Assembly: GCA_965287045.1 (NCBI GenBank)
Contig: OZ336888.1
Span: forward strand, 24,304,001-24,368,000
Origin: Carcharhinus amblyrhynchos
Lineage: Eukaryota
Direction: 5' to 3'
DNA: 64,000 nucleotides
A model generated the notes under the pieces. It was not told where the DNA came from, ran no database searches, and saw only the letters and a list, made by a program, of their open reading frames with translations. Each line of letters opens with the position of its first letter. The stretch's first letter is position 1. Made by a program: the position numbers and the translations under genes. Shown one piece after another: positions 21,247 through 32,560 of this stretch.

Positions 21247-24174
21247 GCATACCTTTTGAATGTTTTAGAAGAGAATACCATTAGTATAAACTGCATTTGA
21301 TTACATGTAGTGCTGACAATGCTTCTGTCAATTTAGGAAAACACAAGTCAGGTTACGAGAAGCTGAAATTGCTGAATGGCAAAATGATTCAGGATGAATG
21401 TAGGTGTGATGGAATTCATAACTGTGTCAAAATCACCGTGACAGGTCTGAGTTTGATGTGGAGTGCCTTATTCTGAAAGTGAACGACAAAGCTCCCTTCC
21501 TTCACTAAAAAGGCAGCATTTTTCAACTTTGTAGAAATTGTCCATCGTGACAACTTATTGAATGACAGAGCAGACTACAAGGACCGAATGGACTACATCT
21601 CACTCCTAAGGATGTAGTGGGCAAAAATGAAATGGGAAGCATTTAACAAGACGATCTGGATTAGAAGCTGAGGCAGGCGAGCTGAGCAGGATGTGAAATG
21701 GGCGGGGCGGAAAGCCTGCCTCGGGTCTCTGGCACTGTCCAAAGTTTCAAAATAAGGATTAAAATGTGAAACATCGCTCCATCATTCACCACACCCTCCC
21801 ATACTCCATTCATGTAAACCCATGTCTCTTCATGGCTTCATGCCTCCGCCCACCTCATAATCTTCCATATCTTCCATACCAACATCTGCCCCCACCCAAC
21901 CCCATTGCCCCACATATCCCATACCCTTCTACCCAGCCCTTTAGCCCCAATTCCAACCTATGGATTCTCAATCATCCCCATTGCCCCTCATACATCCCAT
22001 GCCAATCCATGCCCCTGTACTCAACCCACAGCCCTTTAAAGCCCCTTGCCAACCTATGGTTCCCCACCTAACACCCCAATGCACCCTCATACCTCCATGC
22101 CACCATTTGCTCCTCCACCCACTTCTTGGTCCTTTATAGTCTCGGGGTATAAATTGGCATAGAGACTATAAAGGACCAAGAAGTGGGTAGAGGAGCAAAT
22201 GGTGGATGAAGGGGTATAAATTGGCATATTCATCCACCCCATGATCTTTCGTAGCACCTGTACAAACTTGGTGCCAATTCATGCCACTCCGTGCTCCCAG
22301 CCCTCCATCCTTTGCCCTTACACCTATCATGCCACCTTAAATAGTATCCACCAGAGGACAACCTTAGAACCTATGCAGAGATGAGATAAAATAAAGTTTT
22401 ATAGAAAATTGTCCAATGTAGACTTTGCTATATTGCATAAAAACTAATTAATAAAATCCCATTTAGATCCCTTCAGCTAATTAAAGCAGTGTAGCAACAG
22501 GTTAGGTGGATTGGCCATGTTACATTGCTCCTAAGTGTCCCAAGATGTGAAGATTAGGAGCATTAGTGGGGGTAAATATGTGGGGATACAGGGATAGGGC
22601 TAGGATAAGCTACTCCATCAAACTGCTGGTGCAGACTCGATGAGCTGAATGGTGTACTGTACTGTACCTTCTTCTGTACTGGAGGGATTCTATGATTCTA
22701 CGAATAAATGTTTCATTCAAGTGCACAATCTTTTACAACAACAAGCATTGGAATTCATTATAGCACATCAAATTGTCTAAAAACACAAGTAGCTGTCAAT
22801 CAGACCGAGAAAATGATGGCACTGTACTGTGATAATGGTTGTGAACTCAGTCATGCAGCACTCATCCAGCAATGGAAACCCTCAATAGACAGGGTGAAAT
22901 CATGGATAATCTTTTTTTAACACTCATGACATTTCTTTCAATGATTTTAAAGGCCAGGGATTTTAAATACCTTGACATAGTGATAGCTCCCCTTGACAGC
23001 TCTGTTTGACTGGTGTTCTGACAGTTTTGACAGTTGACACTGATAGGGCCGTTCCAATGACCTTGACAATTATGAATCTACACGCTTTTTACACACAATC
23101 ATGCTTAGTTTTAACAATTTCAAAGGGCACCTAGTACTCCACCAGAGAGCATTTTACCTCCCCAAACTTGGCCCTTGATGAGCTCCAAAGGGAAAGCTTC
23201 TCGCTCCAAAGGTGTCCAAAGTGGCTATCCAATTGAATCCAGGGAGTTCAGACCTGCTCTTATCTGGTCTAGTCAACTCATTCCCGTCGTACTAAAATCC
23301 AATTTCAGCAGAAGCAGCTGATAATTTAAGTAGCCAGCTGCCTTCTTGAACTGTGTGTACATGCAATACACCCTGTCTCCATTCTTATCCCCACAGAAAC
23401 GGAAAACACCATGCTTGAGGACAGGACATTATGGCCATTTTCGCCGTGATGGGGATGGTCACGGCAAAAACTCTGGGCCAATGTCTCTTTGGTGAGCAGA
23501 AGAAAATTAAAAAAGGAAGCAAATAAGATATTGCCAATATACATTACGTACCTTGAGAAATGGTCCAATCTGGGAACATCTGTTTTCAATCAATTGTCAA
23601 TTATCTCGCTGGGCTATGAAGTGAAATGGCTGGGTGTTTGAGAACCTTGCTGAAGGAGATTAACTTTGACAAACCATTCGATGACTATTGCATTTTATGG
23701 CAAATTAGAGGAGATTTTATTTCTAAGGAGTGAAATGTATCAAAGTTAGTTGGAAGCTTTCAAACAAGCACCACCACATTAAAGCAGCCAGATGTTTCAG
23801 CTTGTATATTTGGTAGTTTCAATGTCGGTCTCAAATGCATACTACAAAAGGATTTTTCAGCTTAATGACACCGCTTTGGAGCAAAGGACGGAAAGTCGTG
23901 TGAAAGCAGAGTTACAGCTAGCTGAATTACAATATGTCTTGTGCTGACTTACACAAATATGTCCAAAGAAAAATCTCTTGAGTTGCTGAAAGCAGTAAGA
24001 ACCAGCTCAAGTATACGTTCAAGAAGCTACAAGAAAGTTAGTGAGCCACGGGAGAGGGGGAGGGAAGGGGGGTGGCAAAATGCAGCCAAGTTGGGTTCAA
24101 TAACATTTGCAAATTGTGACAACTGTGTCTTGAGGCTGCATGTCATGTGACTGAACCTCCAAAGTTAAAGCCTT

Positions 24175-24445
24175 CTTTATTAGTCACAAGTAAGGCTTAC
24201 ATTAACACTGCAATGAAGTTACTGTGAAATTCTCCTAGTCGCCACATTCCAGTGCCTGTTCAGGTCAACGCACCTAAACAGCATGTCTTTCAAACTGTGG
24301 GAGAAAACCAGAGCACCCAGAGAAAACCCATGGGCAGAATGTGCAAACTCCACACAGACAGTGACCCAAGCAGGGAATCAAACCCACATCCCTCGTGCTG
24401 TGAGGCAGCAGCTCTAACCACTGTGCCGCTGTACTGTGCCACTGT
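24175..24445 (-). mobile_element. V-SINE type B
   Basis: Reverse copy. Confidence 0.87.
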
Positions 24446-25009
24446 GCAGGAATGCCGCCAATTAAAATTGGCAGTCGTTTTCACTCGATCTAAGAAATGC
24501 ATCGGAATTTTATCTTCCCACCTGCCACGGGAATCGGAGCGGGTGAGGGACGAACAATGGGAAGATCCGTTGATCTCAGGCAGGATTTTACAGTTTCGGG
24601 ATGAGCAAGGCCGTAAGTTCCCACCCACTGTGTTTATTATCCATAGTGCAGCTACTTACTGATCCGGCTTTCCAGAATTTCTCTCCCAAAATAGTATGTA
24701 TCATTTGGAGAATTTTAGACTTCACATTTTATCTATATAGCAACAATGTTATGCACTTCAAAGTAATTAATTGTATGTAAAGTGCTTTGGGACATCCTGA
24801 AAAATGTGACAAGTTGCTGGATAAACACAAGCCCTTACCTTGGGAGTAATTTGAACATATATCACCAGGGACAGAATAGGTGATAACAAATTGGCTGCAA
24901 GTTGAACACTCGGCCTAATCTCAATGACAAAGAAAATTGGGCTTTGGATAAAACCAGCAGCCAAATTACTATCCTGCATTTCTCACATGGCGATTAAAGT
25001 TAAAGTGAT

Positions 25010-25215
25010 CCCCACTTCTCAGCTCAGATGGCTGGACAGCTGGCTTATGATGCAGATTGTCACCAATAGTGCGAGTTCCATTCCATATCGGCTGAGGTTA
25101 TTCTTGAAGGCCCTGTCTTCTCAACCTCACCCCTCACCTGAGGCTTGGGGATCCTCAAGTTAAAATCACCACCCATCAGCACTCAAGGGACAGAGCAGCC
25201 TATGGTCATCTGGGA
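25010..25215 (+). mobile_element. Further tRNA-derived SINE family member
   Basis: A-box-like AGCTCAGATGG, B-box-like GAGTTCCATTCC, body CTCAACCTCACCCCTCACCTGAGG. Confidence 0.55.
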
Positions 25216-27289
25216 GTAAGGCTTACCAAAGAAAAGGACAGAAATCTGGGTGATAATCACAGACGCCTCTCATTGTTTGTGATAGCTGGTATAATTCGCA
25301 TTCTGCTCAACAGACTGAAAAACCCCATCGCAGAACGTGCGCTACCAGAAAGTCATGGTTTCAGAAAAGGATAGACACTTGCAACATGAACTCCACCCAT
25401 CAACAAATACGACAGAATGCAGCAAACAACAGACGGGACTAGATTGGACCTTTATCGACCTGAAGGCCTTGTGGAAAGTCTTAGCCAAACATGGATGATC
25501 TGATAATGCTATAAATCTGATACAGGAGTTTGATGATGTAATGATAGTCAGGGGTGCTGATGGTGGTAGAACACTGACCCTTTTTATGAACAAGTGGTGT
25601 GAAGCAGGTGGGCTTTCACTGGCTTGTACTCTTCATTATTTGCTGCTATGCTTTCTGGGGTATTTGATAGAAATGTTGATGGAATATATTTCCAATTCAG
25701 AACAAATGACAATCTCTTCAACACAAGACAACTGAAATCCTCAATCAAAGATTGTTATTACCTTGTGAGAAGGAAAGAAATGACTACCCTATTCTAACAC
25801 CCCAGGTCTGACTCTCACTGTTTGGGATGGGGGGCAGATGTTGCATATCTTTGACATGGGAATTATTGAACCATTGCAGCCATTTGAAGTTGGTTTTCTG
25901 TAGAATTCTGGAGTTGATTTCGTTCATGTCTGCACTTTGTTGAAGACATCCTTTTAGCTTCAGAGAGAGGAAGAAGAGAAGGTGAGATATCTTTATTGCT
26001 TTCTCCCAGCTGTTTCCAGGTGACTGTAACATTTCTTTCTCCTCTTCCTTCTAATTCTGCTCGGTAGAACCAGTTTTGAAAACTCCTGCTTATATATTCC
26101 CAGAAAATAATTCATTTAGCATATATTGCAGTCATTGTATCCCATTTTTTTGATCTCTTCATCTATGGAACCTTTGCCACATTTCGAGGTAGGAATCAAT
26201 GGGGAGTGGGGTCATTTCTTCCTTCATTGATGGGGTTATTCTTTCTTCCTTTTGGGGGGTTGGCTGGGGGTGGGGGGTTGAATGTTTGAGGAATATCTGG
26301 TTGGTTAGCAATTCACATTGCCTTAACAGAACAACGGTGGATCCATGTCCAAAACTTCGCATTTTTAATGCTTTCCTTTCAAAAGAATCCTTGCTGAGGG
26401 ACATCTTGGCAACTCCCCCTGCCCAGGTGTGAAATTCTATGCAACAGGTCTGTAATGTAATTCATGTAGAAGCCTTCCATAGAAGTGGTCAACTTACTGC
26501 AGCAGACATCGTGGGGGAATTTTCTCAGTCCACCCCCCATGGAAATCCTAGCGGACGGGGGACAGACCATGCAAAGGTCCATTGACCTTGGGTGGGATTT
26601 TCCGGCTTGGGGGCAAGCATCGCTGGAAAATTCCGCCCCAGGTTACTTGTGGCAGCCATGTTTCGATTAGTTTGTTGCATCGTTTTAGAATAACAGTCTC
26701 CTTTAAACAATTCATTATGTCTGTGATTAACTGGGGTAACTACAAGTAGATCTAACTCAATCACAATTTTTGACACTATGACAACGCTGGAAAGAAACAA
26801 CCATCTTTGATAATGAAGGAAATCCAATGACATTCAAAGTGAAAATGATCTCCACTTCTCCATAATACTTCTCCATTTACTCCATAATAAATAAAGGAAG
26901 AAATGTTTGCATTTACCTCTCACCTTTAACCATTTGCTTTACGGCCACTTAAAAATTTTTGAAGTGTAGGTGCTCTTGTCATGTCGATGGGTAGTAATTA
27001 CTCCACTCTATTTTGTATAACAATGATGAGGTCCATGTGCAATGAATATGGCAGGGCTTTCATTATTAGATCCTCATTAAATATCCAAAGCAACACTGAT
27101 GTTACTTGCTGAGCACATTCTGTGCACAGGGCAATTCAATTACAATGATGATTGTTTCATATTTAGCTCTGGTGGATCATACTGTACAGCTCCAGACAGT
27201 TCCTGGTGCAGCTCACTAATCAGATAGATTATAACAATTTTATATCCTGAATGAAGTGTTGCAATTGCTAAATCTGACATAAACACATT

Positions 27290-27560
27290 AAATAGGTGAA
27301 CATTTTTCAACCTAATATTCTCTCTATCACAAAGGTCACCTACATCCATCTCCATAACATTATCTGCCCACACCACCACCTCAGCCCATCTGTTGCTGAA
27401 AAGTTCATCTATGCTTTTGGCACCTCCAGATTTGACTATTCAATATTCTCCAAAACCTTCACCCTCCATAAATTTCAAATGATCCAAAATTCTGACGCCT
27501 GTATTCAATGCCACACCAAATCCTACATTTACCTTCCATGTGCTTGCTGATCTACTTTGA
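27290..27560 (+). mobile_element. L2 LINE ORF2 C-terminal fragment
   Basis: ITKVTYIHLHNI..AEKFIYAFGTSRFDYS resembles L2 AETLIHAFVTSRLDY. Confidence 0.75.
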
Positions 27561-27759
27561 CACCTGTGGCAGAAATTTCCCGTCTTACCACGGGAATCCT
27601 AACGGGTGGGACATGGATCATGCAAAGTTCCGTTGACCTCAGGTGGGATTGTTCAGTCTTGGGGCGAGCACGGTGGGAAAATTTAATTTTGAAGCACTGA
27701 CATCCTCAAATATTCAATATTGATATATTCAATATTGATAGTCTCAATATTGAAATTAA

Positions 27760-28600
27760 CATTAGCATGTGATTAGCGGGTTTGGAACTAAAGTCTCTGG
27801 ACCCATCAGCATCTCCGACCACTACCCCCCCAACCTCTGCCCTTCCACCAGGAGTGGGATTTACAACTGCTCCCCACTAATGGGGGGGCAGGTGGCCAAG
27901 TGAAGAGAGGCATTGAGGTCTCTCCCCAGGAAGGTCAGGGGGGGTAAGGAGAGGTGCCCACTGGGCAGTGCCAGTGTGGCAGTGTCCATCAGGCATCAGG
28001 CAGTCCAAGGGAATGGGGCCACATGGTGCGGAGCCTATTGGGAGTGGAGTTTTCTGGGGGCCAATCGCTGGGGGTGAGGGGTCCTGCTGTTCCTGCATTG
28101 GTATCACAGGCAGAGGGAGGGAGGAGGAGATCGGGGCTGGCCATCTGGATGGTGGAGGGGCGGGGTGCTAGCGCATGGGGGTCAGGACTGCCGAAGGTGG
28201 AGGGGGTGTGAATGTCAGGAGGGGGTTTGGGAATGGCCCGGAGAGGCCCAGGAGGCCAATGATTGGTGGTGGGAGGGTTGGAGGGGCAGGCTTGGGGGAT
28301 TTAAAGAGCTGGCCAGCAATTGGGAGGCTGGCAATGCGGAGGCCACTGCACGTGCGTCAATCTCAGTGCTGACAGATTGCTGCATGCATAGTGACCCACT
28401 CAGCGCTATGCTGCTGGCCTCTCCAACGGGTATAGGCCCTGCCCCAGATTTTCCAAATGAATCCGCTAGGGTACTCTGTGATGCATAGAGTGTCGGAGAT
28501 TCAAACTGAAAATCATGCCGAGAAAACAGGCAGGTGTTTACTCCCATTTTCACATGAATCGGAGGCTTAAAAGTTTTTTTTGGGAGAATCCGATCTCTTA
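27760..28600. mobile_element. GC-rich non-autonomous DNA-transposon-like segment (Harbinger-like)
   Basis: G-rich interior and end motifs like the GC-rich blocks at 16380-17100, 21620-23480, 30240-30870 and 42950-43630. Family assignment is inference. Confidence 0.4.
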
Positions 28601-28911
28601 TGATTTTTTTCACTTTTATTTCCAGGTTCTTCCTTAGCTCTGCTTCCAACTATTATCGTTCCTTCAAACTTTTTAAAGACATGAAAACATTCATCTATGT
28701 CAGGCTCAAATTAAGTTCAATGTAGCCCCAACAAGGAAAATATGAAACCTCAAAAAAAAACTTCAAGTTTACAGATCTTAAAGGAGAAGAAGGGGAGAGA
28801 GAAATGAAGGAAAGAACCTGATACCATGGTGTCCCACACAAATTAAAAAAATACTTAGGCATCCTCAGTTGGTTGAGAAGACTTATACTCTAAATCAATT
28901 CCTAAAAAAAA

Positions 28912-29215
28912 GGTGGCATGGTGGCACAGATGTTAGCACTGCTGCCTCACAGTGCCAGGGACCTGGGTTTGATTCCCAGCTCGGGTCACTGTCTGTGTGG
29001 AGCTTACACATTTTCTGCGTGTGTTTCCTCCCGGTGCTCAGGTTTCCTCCCACCGTCCAAGGATGTGCAGACCAGATGGATTTGTCACGCTCAACTGCCC
29101 CTTCGTGTCGGGGGAACTAGCTAGGATAAATGTATGGGGAAAGGGCCTGGGTGGGATTGTCATCGGTGCAGGCTCGATGGGTTGAATAGCTTCCTTCTGC
29201 ACTGTAGGGATTCCA
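28912..29215 (+). mobile_element. HE1/V-SINE type A
   Basis: Head, core and tail present. Confidence 0.87.
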
Positions 29216-29897
29216 TACATTTTTTGTTTTGAGATTTTATATTTAAACCTAACATAATCCTTTATCCTCATGAAAGACAGAAACAATAGACTTTCCTGTA
29301 TTCCATTTATGATAAACTGAAATGTTTCTGTAGACATATTTTGCAGTATCTTCACTGAACTAAGTCAATCTCTTCTGCCAAGTAAAGCTTCAACTTAATA
29401 GTAGATGTGTCGGAATGTAATTACTTGATTTGACAGCGTATACATAAATATTCCAAACCAGTAGCTATAAATAAATCTCTAGTTAACTAGTTAGATTTTT
29501 AAAAATATAACAGTATTTTCCTGCTGTTGGGTTAACTGGTTGCAGGATATAGACAAGAACACTGATAGCAATTTAAGTATATAATGTAAATGCAATTTTA
29601 ATGTTATTTAAGGGTCAGGAGCAAACTCATTAGAATCATCCCTACCCTCTGCAACTAAAGTTTCTGCCAAAGGCAAAAGTAGATTTCTTCATGCCACATT
29701 CTCCTTTGCCATCATAGTCAATGTAATCATTGATATTTCACTTACCTTTATGCCAGCCAATATTAATTTACCTCATGGTATTATGGCTTGAAGTTTGTCT
29801 TTTGATGTTCTAGTGAAATAGTTCAGATAAGAGCAATGAAATAACTCCTGATTGGCAGAAAAAATAATCTGACATTGACTTTTGGCAAACAGGGATG

Positions 29898-30232
29898 GGG
29901 CAGCAGGGTGGCACAGTGGTTAGCACTGCTGCCTCACAGTTTCAGGGACCTGGGTTCAACTCTGGCCTTGCCTGACTGTCTGTGTGGAGTTTGTACATTC
30001 TCTCTGTGCCTGAGTGGGTTTCCTCCAGGTGCTCTGGTTTCCTCCCACAGTCCAAAGATATATGGGTTAGGTGGATTGGCCATGCTAAATTGCCCCTTAC
30101 TGTCAGAGAGGTTAATAGGGAAAATACGTGGGGTTACAGGGATAGGGCCTGGATGGGATTGTTGTCAGTGCAGGCTCGATGGGCTGAATGTTCTCTTTCT
30201 GCACTGTAGGGATTCTATGAAGATTTCTATGA
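29898..30232 (+). mobile_element. HE1/V-SINE type A
   Basis: Head, core and tail present. Confidence 0.9.
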
Positions 30233-32269
30233 AGAGACCAAGGCCAGGATTTTATAGGGCCAGTGGAAATCTTGCCAGTCTCCAGTGGAAGAAGTGGTGG
30301 GGAATCCGCATCCCGTTCCCCCCATCAGCTCCATAGGGGAGGTCTGATGGAATCATGTTCCTTTCAGGGCACTTTACTGGCTGCCAGTGGATCTTGAGGC
30401 CCTAGCGGCAGAAGTCCCGCTCACTGAGGGCAGGTAACCAATTAGAGGCTGGTGTCTTATCATTGCCTCCAGTGCCAATGAGAGTGGTGGCTGCTTTTGG
30501 CACAGCATCTACCTGAGACACAGGCTCATAGAGGGACCCTGGGTCACAGGTGAATGAAGGCATTATGGAGATCATGGGATGGAGATCACAGGATGGGTGG
30601 GTGAGAGCGTTCAGAGGCAAAGATCTTTCACTGGCTACCCCCATCCACCTTTCCAACTCCAAGGCGATCATTGGCAAACTTGGGAAATTTTGATGGGCAG
30701 CCACCTGAGGGCATGGATAAACTCCATTTAATCTCTCAGTCATCACTAAAGTGAAGCAGGGTGAGGGATAACGGGTGTCAATTGGCTCATTAATAAGCCT
30801 AATTTACACCCTACTGACATCAAGGGATGTGGCATCCCTTTCTCCATCTGAGAGGGGAAGGCTTCTCTGATCATTAAGTGGGCCTGGCTGCCATGGTTTC
30901 TACCATAAGGAGCTGCATAATACTTAGCCTTAGTTGTAGCAATCCAGATCCCGAGTTAGTAGGAAGCGCAGAAAATAGGCCCATATACCAATGAAGAACA
31001 AATGTGTAATAAACAACAAAAAATAATGTGCACATTTTCAAACATAGGTGAAAAATAATATGAAGCAAGTTAAAAGAAAAGGTAATTGAAATGAGAAGGG
31101 ACAAGAAGTGCAAAATGGAACAAAAAGAGAAAAGGTTTGAATATCTCAGCAGGTCTGCCAGCAGGTGTAAGGGGGGAAAAGAACTAATGTTTTGAGAAAT
31201 GGTGTAGCCAGGTTTGAGGGTTGAGGGAGCGAACACATAAAAAAGGCGCCACAACATAAAAAAGGACTGCCCTCTCATTACTATTCCACAAATCCCTGTC
31301 CAAGCCCCGCCCCATGCTGACATGATCAACGTCTGGCGTCATCACATCGCACACAAACCAACAGTTCTTTTCTCAGTAATTCATTTTCTTTCTTTTAAAA
31401 AAACATTTATTTTTGACCAAAAAAAACCTTCCTTTTCTCAAGACAGAAAAATAAAATAAACACCAAAAAAATTAAATACATTTATAATTTGTATGGATGT
31501 CCCTAAAAATCTACCCTGTTGATCAAACTTTTGGTCACCTGTCTCTTTTTCTTTTTGGCTTGGTGTTAATTTTTTTTTCTCGGCAAGTTTTAGTTGAAAT
31601 ATATAAAATGCAAATTCTTGGCATTGATTCATCCTCTTCCTGTTCCAAAACATTGAAGCTCTAAGTGAAATTAGGTGATGTGTCACATTGACTGATCACA
31701 GATGATCAGATGCTCTGTTGTATGTGATTGTTAAGCAGCCAAGTTACACTGAAGCAAGAAAAGGGGCAGACCGAATTTATCTGCCAACTTTATTCACAGC
31801 AAACTTCCCTCCACAGGTACCCATGAGACCGGCATCTCCACATCAGGTGGACCTGCAGACTTAACAGCATTTCAATACATTTTTGTTCATGGTTGCTGAC
31901 GGCTAACAGAATACCTTACCCTGAGCTGCATAATGCTTGCTGTGAATGTTAAAACATTACCACTTCTGAAAAATGGCTACTGCTGAATCCTGATGTTCAT
32001 CTGTAGACCGGGCTGTCCCACTGATGGAGCGTTGGGTGTGGGCAGGAGTTAGTGAGTGGGGAGGCGAGCTCCGGTTTGGCTTATCAAGCTGTCAGTCAGG
32101 AGGTTGTTTGTGGGCGGGAGTTATTGAGTATATTTATCTCCTTAGCGGCCTCTGCAGGGGCCAGTGAGGAACGCCCCGTTGAAAAGGTGCCACTCCTGAA
32201 AAATGTGCTTGGAGGAGCGGTCGCTCTCCCTGCACTCCTCCTAACTATGCCACTGGTTTTGAGTCCAGA

Positions 32270-32560
32270 TGACCTTTTGTCAAAGCTAAAAGGCATAGAA
32301 AGTGGGAAATATTTATACTGGAGGTGAAGGAATTAAAGATTAGTCATAGCCACAAAAACAAGGGGAAAGGCTGCTAATGACAGCCCATAGAAAGAACAGA
32401 AGGTGTGAATGGCCAAATGGCAGAGAAGCTGAAATCAGAGGATAAGCTATGAGGGGGGGAGGGGGAGATGGGTGGGAGAGAGGTAAAATTGAGAAAAAGG
32501 GGGAAGGGGAAGCAAAAGTGGAGAAAAGGTAAAGAAAGTTGGGGATAAAATAGGGAGAGA
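32270..32560 (-). mobile_element. Penelope-like terminal fragment
   Basis: GAGTCCAGATGACCTTTTGTCAAAGCT, shared with 44488-44515, then purine-rich flank. Confidence 0.55.

Larger units (their letters stand above)
20170..24030 (+). mobile_element. Fossil hAT-superfamily transposase in four pieces (~20170-20425, 20880-21002, 21247-21485, 23480-24030)
   Basis: Collinear motifs LVTAAE..HNLS..DSEIA..SC.CTKA..LAP; GIKYGLLDFY; SADNASVNLGKHKS..CRCDGIHNCVK..DVECLILKV; YLEKW..SNAYYKRIF/SLM..W..VKAELQ..LLKAVR (hAT C-terminal dimerisation region). Confidence 0.75.

Noticed and set aside
27708-27755. Repeated TCAATATTGA palindromes
   Set aside because: Short AT-rich slippage repeat with no evidence of function.
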